This document shows, one piece after another, positions 25,597 to 39,760 of a DNA stretch of 64,000 nucleotides (position 1 is the first letter of the stretch; every line of letters begins with the position of its first letter). Made by a program: the position numbers and the translations under genes. The stretch lies in the NCBI GenBank assembly GCA_951406725.2, contig OX597815.1, forward strand, positions 55,986,001 through 56,050,000, given 5' to 3'. The notes under the pieces were generated by a model, which was not told where the DNA came from, searched no databases, and was given only the letters and a program-made list of their open reading frames with translations. The DNA comes from Octopus vulgaris. Taxonomy: Eukaryota.

Positions 25597-26345
25597 TGTG
25601 GTCAGAGGTTAGCCCTTATAAGGACTGGAACCAAAGACGCAAGTATACTGAAAACACTCCCTTATATACAAGTAAGGTGGCTCAACAGAGCCTAGGAAAT
25701 GGGACCTTAACCAAAGGCCGTGATTGGTTGGCTTTGGCCAGTGGCGCGAAATAAGTAGACAAATCGCGCTTAGATGCCAACCAATCAAAATAGTGGACAC
25801 AACAACGTTAAACTAGCCAAAGATGTTTGTAATCTCAAACGAGATCATTCTTAATATTCCTCTCAAACGATGAAGATAACAATGAAGAAAACAATATTGC
25901 TACAACAGGAACACGATATAAAGAAATACATGGAACAAGGTAGTAACTTTGTCTTTAATGCCGACCACTCGTCTATATCTACATGCATCTGCGTGGGTTG
26001 TATGTTTGCTGTTAACCCTGGTACGAGACTCACGAACAGCGATATGTTAGAACCAGTGTAGTGTGTTGGTGTTGTGTAGATGTTGTTGACGTCTGTTGGT
26101 TCCAGACCTTCTATGGTCCAATCACAGACCACATTGCAGCATCCTCCAACTTGGTCGCCACCATCATGTCTCTCACCAACGTCGTCAACTACATCTACAC
26201 AGCACCAACATACAGCACTGGTTCTAACATATCACTGTTCGTGAGCCTTTCACCAGGGTTAACAGCAAAGTTAACCATTAGGGTGAGCGGAGTCTACCGT
26301 CTCAGGTAGTTGGCTACACGGGCCACAAATTGGCGCCCAGCGTAG
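25597..26345 (+). mobile_element. LTR (TGTGG...CCACA) followed by a primer-binding site
   Basis: Terminal inverted TGTGG (25597) / CCACA (26323-27), then AAT and TGGCGCCCAGCGTAG (26331-45), which resembles the tRNA-Lys PBS TGGCGCCCAACGTGG. No second LTR or pol was found. Confidence 0.55.
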
Positions 26346-27049
26346 TCAGCTAAGACAAGACTGACACAAAATCCCCGGTTAATAGAAATTGAATGTGTTT
26401 TTGATAGCACAAAAAGAGTTCAGAAACCGGATTAGCAGACTAATTGAACGAAATTTGTCATCAGCAACATGCGATGGATCTCACAAAAGAGGGAAAACAG
26501 CATCCATAAGCGTTAGCAAAGTGGCGAGAAATAGCAGCAGGGCAGAAGTGGAGTTCATAAATTGATTAGAAATGCATAGAAAATGCCTCACAAACAATTT
26601 GCTAATGACGACGATGACCTTAGGCCATTACAACTTACTCTACTGTTACAAGCTTTCACTGCTACAAGCCATTGCAACTTATTATTATTATAAGCCACAA
26701 ACCTGAGTTGTTTATTCATTCTTCGTCTATCGCAATAACCGAATCTCATCTTCGAACGGAACTTTTCAGTTAGTCAGTCTCAATATTAGACGCATACTTA
26801 GATGAAGAAATACCCAATCAGTGAATTATTTCTGCTAGTTCATATGTTTTTTCACCTTCTTCGAGCTGCTCTGAGAGAGTTACTGAAGGAACGTTGATAC
26901 ATAAACATTTGTACAACGTGTTTCTAAAAATAAATTATCGATCCTCTTTCATAGTAACACTTGCTGCTGTTTAAAAGACTTGAACTGTTGTTTTCTATTA
27001 GACTTTATCGATGTTTCAGCCGTTTGAGTATACTACATCTTCGTCTAGC

Positions 27050-28650
27050 TGGCTGGTACAACATTAGGATGCCATACTCAGTATCCCATCAACTGATAGT
27101 TACCACCTTATATGCTACCCAATATGGACCAATCTTGCTGTCAAACAAATCTGCTTTAACCACCCTTCCTCTTCACCTCCAACTACAAAGTCCAAATCCA
27201 CTTCTCAACAGCATTTCTTACAAAGCACCACTTTATGTTTCCACTGTCCATAGATCTGTCTTCCATCCATTTCCCCTGCACTCTCCCACCAACTCTACAT
27301 ACTTTTCCTCTTCCTCCCTTTCACTTCTGTTGTCCTCATATCTCACAGCAGTCAACTCTATGATAAACTTAAGAAATTCCACTCTTATCACAAAAGACAA
27401 ATCAAGTTCCATCACTTCCGCTGGTACCATCTATTTTGCTTTCTCATTCACTAGCACCTTCTAGTCATTTGCCACTGCTAACATCCCACAAATCCTTTTC
27501 ATCTCTTTACTTTTTTCCCTCCATCCCAAATTTAATACTGCTCACTTTCTGTAGTCCTGCATCCTTCTTTCTTTGCACCAACTTGTTCATAAACTCTGCC
27601 AGCTGCCTCCAAGATAGCTGAGGGAATAGCTCCATAGTAAGAAAATACCTGTTCCAGCAACACATTTGACTTCATGCAGAACTTTTACATCTCACTTTTA
27701 CCAATTCTTCATCACTTAGAATTCACTGGAGATGGCAGCACATCAACTGTGGAACCAATCAAAAGCCAGATTGATCTTGATGATCTGCTTTAAAAGTAGA
27801 TCTTCAATGAGATGCACTTCTAATCTGCTTTGTCCCAGTGCATCCAAGCATTCTGAACTCTCTGCTCTGCTGTCTTTGGGCTCAATCTTATTCTCCTTCA
27901 TTTTGAAGATTTCCACCACCAAATTTCACCTGCCCTTCCAACTTTGCAAACTGAAACATTGCTTTGTAGGTGGAAAGCATGCACTTCATCTGCCAGTTTG
28001 CACCACACTCAAAATGCTCAACTTTTCATGTGCATGACTTCATTCTGCTTGCATCAACTTCAAATTGGAAGCATCATTTGGCAATAGTTGCATCTCCAGA
28101 CTCTCTCATAATAATCAAGTGCACTTTGCTTGTTTAAATTCTTCAGGTCCCTGTGTCAATGGCAATTGCAATTTCCTCAAATAGCTAAAGAGAGCACCAT
28201 GGGTCAACATTCTTGATATTCCCAGTCACTTCCTATAGTAAGCATTCATAATTTGTTTTAGCTGCTCAACTCTTGTAATTGCTATGATACAGCTTTTGGT
28301 AGTAATCCAAACTGACAGCATCAGATTTTTGCCTTTCTAAGAATCATTATCCTATCAATCTACTCTCACTAGCTCCTGAATCTTTACTCCACAGTGTCAG
28401 TTTTCAAAGTTTGCTTTCTACCAGCATATCATACCCTTTACTCCCTATTCTGAAACCTTTGCCTTAAACTTCATTGAACCCCATGAAATTAGTTCAAGTT
28501 TACTTCAACTCATACTTTTTGGCTTGACACAATCATTAAATTATCTATGAAAGCTTTCAGTGATCATCTTATAATTTCCTCCTCAAATGGGAATCATTTG
28601 ATATGCTTTACAACATGATTCAAATCTTCCATTCCCATTACAAAAGGACA
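27050..28650 (-). mobile_element. Decayed non-LTR retrotransposon with restriction-like endonuclease (Hero/NeSL/R2 group)
   Basis: ORF 27233-27430 IIELTAVRYEDNRSEREEEEKYVELVGECRGNGWKTDLWTVE matches the REL motif IELTVPWE...E.K..KY..L...C...GW. The upstream extent is approximate. Confidence 0.65.
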
Positions 28651-28779
28651 CAACTCACAGAATGACCACTATGTTATATGAGTCGCTTTTTCTCCTCCTC
28701 ACCATCATTATCCACAGTAGTAGAAGTATCCATCTTTGCACATTGTATATTCAGATTATACATGTGTGTGCCTAGTTAT

Positions 28780-29345
28780 GTGCAAATGTCTGTCTTATTC
28801 AAATAAGAAACTTATCAGGGGTAACTTTCTTCAGGGCACAGGACCAGGTAGAGTAATAAGAATCTTTGCCTCTCCACAACACTTGATGCAGTTCAAAGAT
28901 AATGCCAATACAGCTAAACTTTAGGCTAGCCTAGAAAGAGAATTACTCCTTTTCCACAAAATTGCAAACCCTATCACAAACCATTGGTGGATCAAAGCAA
29001 TGTCTTCAGTGTGTTATATATAAATGAGTATTCTCTAAGTGAGTTTATCACCAAGAATAATCACCATTTATGTGACATTGTTCAATCTTTCAAAGTTAAG
29101 ACTACCTAGTGCCACTACCCCTCACAGGAGTACCATGGCTATGGGATTTTGTATTTCCATTGCCATTAAAGTATATATCTTGCCACACATGATAGAAAAT
29201 GTACATCTTATAGCACTGAACCACTTTATGTGACCTGAGGAGGTTTCTTCTTTCTGCAATATGGGGTGCATTCAATCCCATTACATTGTTCCCCAAATAA
29301 ATAAAGCTTCCAGTACACTCTATCTTCCATATTAATCATTTAGAA
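28780..29345 (-). mobile_element. Old LINE RT C-terminal fragment
   Basis: ECTGSFIYLGNNV (RT domain 7-like F.YLG) at ~29280-29320. Confidence 0.35.
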
Positions 29346-29714
29346 TACACTCAACATACACCAAGGAATTGCTTATGTATGAGCAACAAAAGAGGATTAT
29401 CCTGGATGACACCTAGTAGCTACAAGCAGTGAACGTGCTCTGCAGGCATGCTACAAAAGACATTCCCATAACAAGGTTTGGATACACCTTAAAGTCTCCT
29501 ACCTAAGTTTTAATCATATATATATAAGTATGTATATATGTATATTATTTGAGAGTTAACAAGACTACCAATGGTTTCATGCAATGGCAGATCTTTACAA
29601 CTATTCAAGCATACCACTTGAGAATGTTAGTACTCATTTCCAATGTGGTGTTGAGCACATCTCACTGTTCAATATTAGCATGTGTATGTGTGTGTGCATG
29701 TGCACACACGCTTC

Positions 29715-29976
29715 ATAATTGACTTATCTAAATTGGTATGTAAAATACATCCATTCCACTCCATGTGCTACCACTTGTCTGCAAAGCCTTTATGCCCAGG
29801 TACTTTCCACCACAAACTCATAGCACTTGTATGTATGTATGTATATATGTACCAATGCCAATGTTTTATAATTAATTTATCCAAATTGGTATGTAAAATA
29901 CAACCATTCCATTCCATGTGCCACCACTTGTCTGCAAGGCCTTTATGTTCAGGTATTTTCCACCATAAACTCATGG
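29715..29976. repeat. Direct duplication, ~108-bp unit with ~153-bp period
   Basis: 29715-29823 and 29868-29976 align without gaps (ATAATT...AAATTGGTATGTAAAATACA...CCACTTGTCTGCAA...AAACTCAT). Confidence 0.9.
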
Positions 29977-30124
29977 TATTTCTCTTGAACCAGGAATACA
30001 TGTCATATCAGTGTTTCCAGATTCGTTTGCATAAAACAAATATATTCTAATTTTTTTGTCACATTCTTCTTTGAAACAGCAAACTGAAACATACACCACA
30101 TGAGTACTATCACTAAAATAACTC

Positions 30125-30515
30125 CTTTACTTGTTTCAGTCATTTGACTGTGGCCATACTGGAGCACTACCTTTAGTCAAGCAACTTGACCCCAGGACTT
30201 ATTCTTTGTAAGCCCAGTACTTATTCTATCAGTCTCCATTGCCGAACCAAGTTACGGGGACATAAACACACCAGCATCGGTTATCAAGTGATGTTGGGGG
30301 GGACAAACATAGACACACACACATATATATATATATACATACATACATACATACAACGGGCTTCTTTCAGTTTCCGTCTACCAAATCCACTCACAAGGCT
30401 TTGGTCAGCCAGAGACTATAGTAGAAGACACTTGCCCAAGGTGCCACGCAGTGGGACTGAACCCAGAACCTTGTGGTTCGTAAGCAAGTTACTTACCACA
30501 CAGCTACTCCTATGC
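30125..30515 (-). mobile_element. Abundant tRNA-headed SINE with internal microsatellite
   Basis: Same family at 36630-36970, 39940-40080, 40640-40800, 48280-48670, 58560-58970 (all -), and 54964-55125 and 63300-63440 (+). Head GGAGTGGCTGTGTGGTAAGTAGCTTG...GGTTCAGTCCC; tail ...GACTGAAACAAGTAAAAG. Confidence 0.85.
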
Positions 30516-31164
30516 CTTAATCTCCTAACTCTTATTAAAGATAAATTTAATTATTATGCCTAAAGTTTCAGTGATGAAGAAAACCATTTACAAAAAAATT
30601 AAAACCAAAAAGAAAGATATTTCAGCCACTTGGAACTGAATCTGAAAAGCTGTTAACCACAATACAAATAAATCAATTAAAACAAACAAGTACATTATTA
30701 TATTTATATATATTATATATATTATATATATACATACATATATATATTTATATATACATATATATCTTTATTTTTATAACTTAAAAATACCAGATGGCAG
30801 ATTTTCTAAATTTAATGCTATTTTTCTTTTTTATGTTTATATTTTATTTTTTCATGATTTTCGATTCTTTGCCAGCAATAGAATATGCATTTGTTTCAAT
30901 GGAATTTTGTTTGTTTTTTTTTAACAATTTTTATTTTTTATTTTTTGAACAACATAAAGGAAAACGATTGAATTTAAAATACATGCAGATATATATAATC
31001 CATAAATTACGAATACATACATATATAATATAATTTACAGATTTTATACAAATATATGTATGTAAATCCAAATATGGTGGTATGTATGCATATATATAAA
31101 TATATATGTATATATACACATACATGCATGCATACATACACACACAAATACACAAATGTATAAA

Positions 31165-31210
<46 letters not shown>

Positions 31211-31815
31211 GTGGGTGTCTATGTGTGTGTAAGCATGTATGCATTCACGTATATGTGTATATATGCAATATATATAGATACATCATGTGTGTGTGTGTGT
31301 GCGTGTGTGTAATATATGTATGTATGTATGTCTACAGACACACATGCATAATTTCAAAGAATATCAACAGTAGCACTGAAGAGCTAATAAAATGTTTATA
31401 TGTACACAACAAAGCATAAAAGCAACAATTTCATAGGGGGCAGCATTTTTGGATCACATTTTCAAAAATGATTTATTTTATCATATTTTTAATTTATTTT
31501 TAACATTTTATTATAATTTGCCAATTTAATAGTGTGCATTAACTTTAAAAAAATATATCTTTTTTAGATTCCTTCATTTATCAAATATATATATATATAT
31601 ATTATATGTGTGAGTGTTGTGTATGTGGTTATGTGCATAAATATATGAAAGCATTTGTGTGTATAAATATTGTGTTACACACATACATACATGCATATAT
31701 GCACACTTGTATACACGCTTCCATATGCATGAATTTTTCAAATATGCATGCAAAAATGCAATGTGTATAATTTTATATGTATGGTTATATAAATATAGAT
31801 GTGTGTCTGTATGCC

Positions 31816-31867
<52 letters not shown>

Positions 31868-33570
31868 TAGTATGTATGTCTGTATATTCACTTTAAATTA
31901 ATAGAATTTGCTTAGTGTGTTAATTTGTAACTATTTGGTTTGATTTAATAGGCAACATATATACTAACACACATACACACACTCATACACACTTAGAGGT
32001 AGAGGTAGAGTCAAAACAAGGTATCTTTAATTTTGCTATGCAATAAGATGCTGATGTAATAAAGTAGAAAATATTAGGATCATTAAAAATATACAGAACT
32101 TAATTTCTTCTAATTAGATATTTGATTTAATATTTTAGACTTTTTTTATACATCAATAAGAGAGACATACTTTTTTCATCTCCCCTGTAACATTGTATGA
32201 GTTATGATATAATAGCAATAATAATTTCTTCTGTAAGTGTAGAGTCAGAAGCAAAAAAAGAATTGTGACATCTTTGCCTTTTCACAAAGTTTTAAGAAAC
32301 ATACATTAAGTGGCTCTTACTGGTGTTTGCAATTGAGTAACATTGATTTTAACAAGAAATCAATATTGTACTAGAATACCTGACAGTAATAATTATCATT
32401 GTTATTATTAATTTTGATGAAATTACAAAAATGGTAATCTTGCATTAGATGCCTTTCATTATTTTGCTATATTCCTGTATTTTCTAAATTCAAGTCAATG
32501 AAATATGAATTATTCAGAAGATTTAATTCAACTGATTATACTTTGATGCATCATTGTTTCCACAGTGTTGTTCAATAAATCATGTTTGATACTTATAATT
32601 TCCAAACATCATTGGAAAGTAAATATATTACTGAGAAATATTACTAATAGCCTGCAATGTCTGAAAAACTGTTTCATTGTCATACAATATGAATTCTCAA
32701 TACGAGATAAATGTATGATCTTTTGTAACTTTAGTTCAGAGAAAAATTTTTCAGTCACCAATTTGATTTGAGATTACATATATCTTTCATATCTTGTTAT
32801 TAGATCCCCTGAAGAACTAATTAAATCACTTTAAAGATCAAAAGTTTATTCATGGATCAAGGAAGGTTTCTACAAAATTTTATTTCATTATATTTATTTA
32901 TTTCTCTTTGCAAAATTTTACTCTAATTAAGCATAAAATACTATTTCACATGTAAATCTAAACTTTCATTGCATTAATTACATGTAATTGACTTTCTGCT
33001 TTGCTCACCAGCATAACAAACAGATCTATTTTAAGTAGTTTGTGCAGATCATGACCACTAACCTTAGAGTCTGTAAAATTTTCAGGCAACACGCATACAC
33101 TTGTGCATGTACACAATTATACAAGGGTTTTAAATTTCATAGAATATGATTGATGTAAATGTTTTTCACAATTAGTGAGACTGTAATGTGGAGAGTTTTT
33201 TCTTGTAGGAAATGGTTGATATATTTCATTTAGTTACATATATATAACATAAATTTCTTGTAATTTATAAAGAAACAAAATTGCCATATATTTCTCAAAC
33301 GCTGAATTAGTGCCTTATGTTTGCTGCGTTTTTGTCACAAGCACAATGTATTAAAAATTTGACATCATTTTTGTCTTAAAAAAAAATTCAACAAGAAAAA
33401 GCAGGAAAAAAATATTTGCCACTCGTTCACACATATGTATGTGAGTGCATTATATAAAGTTTGGGATTTGGCCCCACACAGTGGGACTTCCTGGATTTCA
33501 CCATTTGTATGAGTCTTTAAAGTTTCTTCTTGTTACTACTCACATATAAAAAAAAATGTAAATGCACAGC

Positions 33571-33642
<72 letters not shown>

Positions 33643-33894
33643 CATACATACATATGTTTGAATTTTTTTCTAAGCTGAGCTCATTTCATGTTCACATTTA
33701 AAAAATTAAATCCAATTTATATTTTTCATATTCTAAATTTTGTTTCTTTTGCTTAGCAATCAAGTTTTCATTAGTAAAGCAATACTAATTAAAACTGATT
33801 TATACAGTCAATTTCAATGAGATGCATTTTTATAATGTTCCAGTAGAATTTGTCATCTTGTGTTTTATTTATTTATTTAACTAAAGTTCATATT

Positions 33895-35538
<1,644 letters not shown>

Positions 35539-38500
35539 TCAAATCTTATACAAATAAGACCAATTTAATTGTTAAACTCAAATATTTCCACTCATCCTAA
35601 ATTTTTTGCCTTTTATATGAAACAGTATTTCAGACAGTGAGACAGCCAAATGAAGTTTTTCATAAGTAGATAATTATGACTAAAAATTTCAACAAATAAT
35701 AATAATAATAAATACTTTGTTTTTAAAACTCTAGAAAACTGCTCAGTAATTTGATCAGTAAATTCTATTTAGAGTGTGTATGACAGCAACTGTGTATATC
35801 TATATATGCACTATAATCACAACTGACAAATGAACAAAAAGACTGTTTTTATGAGGCCCTCTTTCCAACTGCCACAATAATGAACGATAGCAACTTTGTT
35901 ATGATAAAGAATCAAGGCTCCAGTATTGCAAATTACCTAAAAATGTGTTACAGTAACTTCAGAAAATAAGCCAGCACAAGCAAGTCAGACTCCATGGTTA
36001 CCAAAAATTGGAGTAGGCAACTGCTTGTAAATACTAATTCTCTTTCTCAATGAAGAAAGCATCAATATACACAGACCAGTGATCAGTGATCAAAAGTTTT
36101 GATTCTGGTCACCACTGATTCTAGTAATGGTAACCAGTAAAAATCAAAAAGTATATGTCATATACATTTTTAGAACTGCTAGGTCAAGTTTGACCTCTGG
36201 TGATATTATGGGTCTTAGTATCACCAACAAAAGCTGCTGGCAAATTTTAACTTCAAGACAGTGCCCCAGCATGGCTACAGTCTAATCACTGAAACCAGTA
36301 AAAGGAAAGATAAATACATCATCATCATCATCTTCGTTTCACAACCGTTTTTCATGCATGGGTTGGATGGTATGACAGGAACTGGCCAGCTAGGGAGCTG
36401 TACATACAATCTGTCTGTTTTGGTAGTGTCTCTATGGCTGGATGCCCTTCCAAACACCAACCACTTTGCAAAATGTGCTGGGTGCTTTTTACATGTCAGA
36501 CACATCAACACATACAATGCCAAAAATGGCTAGGTACAATGACAGTGAGGTAAAATAACTATGACAGTATCAGGTGTTGGTAGGATACTGTAGATATATA
36601 AGTACCAAATATATATATATATTACTATTTTTTTTACTTGCTTCAGTCTCTGGACTGTGGCCATGCTGAGGCACTGCCTTGAGAAGTTTAGTTGAATAAA
36701 TTGACTCCAGTACTTATTTTTTTAAGGTCTGATAATATTTATCTATTTCTTTTGTTGAACCACCAAGTTACAGGAACATAATCAAACAAACACCAGCTGT
36801 CAAGAAGTGGTGGCAAATAAACATAAATATATACACACACACATGACAGGCTTCTTTCAGCTTCTCTCTACTAAATCCACTCACAAGGCCCAAGGCATCA
36901 CGGTGGGACTGAACCCAGCCCATGTGGTTGGGAAGCAAACTTCTTGTTCCACAAACCACACCAGCACCTATATATATAAGGCATATGCCTATTTTGCCAA
37001 GCTAACATAGTTTAGAGGAAAACACAACATACACACAAACACGTGTGTGAGTGAGAAAGAGTGTGTAAAACATTTGATAGTATATATGTATAACTTTCAC
37101 TAACATGCAAAGGATGTAAGCACTGAGAAGAAAATGCCAAAAGACCATTGCTCTTTAAATTCAGCTTCTACGTGTTATTTGTTCTGTATCGATTTACAAA
37201 CTTTCAGAAATGTAGTAAACCAGTGAATTATCCCATTAACAATATCATTTAAAATGGAATATATTTAAAACAAACAGATGAAAGTTGTGATTTTCTTCCA
37301 CATACATTTCTGGAACATAAATGAGAGAAAATAAGTTGTTACATTCCTGCCTTCCCCAAATCAAGTATACTGGAAAGCAACTGGTGTTTGCTTTTGACTG
37401 AGCACAAACCAATTCTTTTAAATAAGAATTACTAGTATTTATTTTATAAACCTAACTTCAAAGTTTTTAAACACATAGTATCAAAACTGAATACTATATT
37501 TACTATGAAATAATCTATCAAATCTCTTTGACATTAATTTTTTTTAATTTTATGTCTAGTGTTAATGAAATGATGGCTGTACAAATTTCCAAAGCTAAAC
37601 CACAGTAATCAATACAACCATTTGCTTAATAATAGTTTTGTACAGCTATAGGATTGTTTTTTTGGGGTTTTTTTTTTGTTATATCTATAAGTGTTAATCA
37701 ATAAAATATTTTCCTTTCCCATGGATTATCATAGTTCAGTTTTGACAAAAATTAAACCTAATTCTATTGAACAACAATGTATTAATGGCTCTATTTGTTA
37801 GACTTAAAAGGAATAACATCGACCTCGGATATAGATTTACTATGACAGTAAAACATAAATTGCATGTGTATGCATGTATACCTATTATATGTACACACAT
37901 ACTATACATACATGTGTGTGAGTGTTTAGGCTGAATATACTTCACTAAAGACTTAATCATTCAAAATAGTTAACTCCATTCATAGCTCCTGTGCAAAGTT
38001 ACAGCTGATTCTTCAGGGTATGGTGTCGAGAAAAAACTTGTAATTGAGCTGACAATGTTAAACATAGATGCTTCTTTTTGTCAGTCACCCATTACTGGTG
38101 GGGAGCTGAGTCAAAATTATTATAGGGGTAGTTATAATATATATGTGTTTATGTGTATTACATATATGTATGTTTATTTTATATATTATGTATATATAAG
38201 CATACAATATAGATATACATGTGTATAGCAATTACATCATATAGAGAGAGTAAAAGAGAGATAGAGAGAGTTAACATAATAGGTGCAGGATGAGTAGAGA
38301 GAAAGAATGATAGAGACAAAGGAGGAGGAGGAGAGAGAGAGTAAAGGACTAAGTAATTATGGTTAGGACTTGTACAAATGAGAAATTTGTTTTAATTTTA
38401 TTCGGTAATAGATTATTTTTTTTTGAAAATTAGTAATTAGTATTCCTGTCGGTATTTTGAAAAGCACCAAATAATTTGATAAAAGTTACACTAAAATTAT

Positions 38501-39694
38501 TGTATGTACGCCATATTTTCTGATATTACCCATGATGGCAAATATATACTATACTTCCGAAGTTATTCGTCATATGGCGTGTGTGTGTATGTGGACAGAC
38601 AAATAGACAGGTACAAAGATATACACTAGACAAACATGAATCCGAAACAGAAAAAGCGTACACAGAATCGCCCACGAGAATTTGTCACATTCATATACGT
38701 CGAAAAATATATTTGAGTTATGTCCCTTCGTTGAGTTTCTTAGAGACCCCTACAGGGAGTTTTGGGGAAACAGGAAGGGGTCTTGTAACATAGTAATTGT
38801 TCAAATAATTTCAGCTAGAGAGCTTTTAATTCGCTGTTTACTCTGTGTGCGTGTGTGAAAGTGAGACATTTGACGAAGCATAACCTAGAGACTAGACAAC
38901 TATATCGATAAAATATGTACACAACAGTAATCAAATTGAGTAAAACGCGATGGCCATAGTCCAATAACTGAATCGAGTAAAAGAGTAAGAGAATACATGT
39001 GTGTTTGTATGAGAATATAAGTATTTATAAACAAAAACAGATGTATCGGTTGCTTGCTCTTGTGACTATCTATCAATGGATGATCAGACCTATTGACGTA
39101 AGTGAAAGTGTAAAGCCTAGTCGTGCCATTCATACTTGCGTTTGTATAAACTGGGTCACAGATTCGGTTCGTTTGCCCTCCCTCACCCGTTATATACGTA
39201 CATGTATATATGTATCTATGTGTATACATACATACATACATGTGTGTGTGTGGTCAAGAAAAAAGAAAAAGATAAAGTGACAGTAAGTGAGGAGATAGAG
39301 ACATCGTCTGTTTGCTGTGTATGACTACCAGAAAGACCTTGACACGACATTTTTATATAGTTTATTTATTTTTCTGTTGCTAGTTCGTATGGCTTGCCAC
39401 CAGTTAGTGATGTTATTAGTTGTGGCAGCCTACGTTACAGCTAAATTTCTTTTAACTCTTTCTTATCGCATCTCTTCTTTCACTTATTCATCTCAGAAGA
39501 TTGTATTGCTTTTCGACTTTAATTCCATACCTGTACTTTGCATTTCCTGCTCATCGCTTAACGACTTTTCTATTTTATATAAGCCTGTTGAGGATTAAAT
39601 TGAACTATAGTATTATAGTTTAATAGTACACACACATATTCGTTGAATTCTACCGAACAAATGAGAGATGGGTTCCCAATCCATGACTTAGATT

Positions 39695-39760
39695 AAACTA
39701 AGTTCTCGCCTGAAGATCGCATAGGCGTGAAATTCTAATCACGAGATAAGCATTTAGTTT
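39695..39760 (+). ncRNA. Hammerhead-like motif in the EGR intron (antisense to EGR), imperfect stems
   Basis: AAACUAA..UCUCGC-CUGAAGA(39710-16)-UCGC-AUAG-GCGU-GAAA(39729-32)-UUCUA-AUC-ACGAGA...UUAGUUU. The core is intact and the extended stem I pairs, but the closing pairs of stems I and II are mismatched. Confidence 0.55.

Noticed and set aside
31068-31077. Perfect CArG box CCAAATATGG downstream of EGR
   Set aside because: Isolated, in AT-rich low-complexity DNA, with no adjacent Ets or CRE site; compatible with chance.
33310-33317. GTGCCTTA, a perfect miR-124 8-mer site downstream of EGR
   Set aside because: It is on the + strand. EGR mRNA is the - strand, so the site is not in the transcript.
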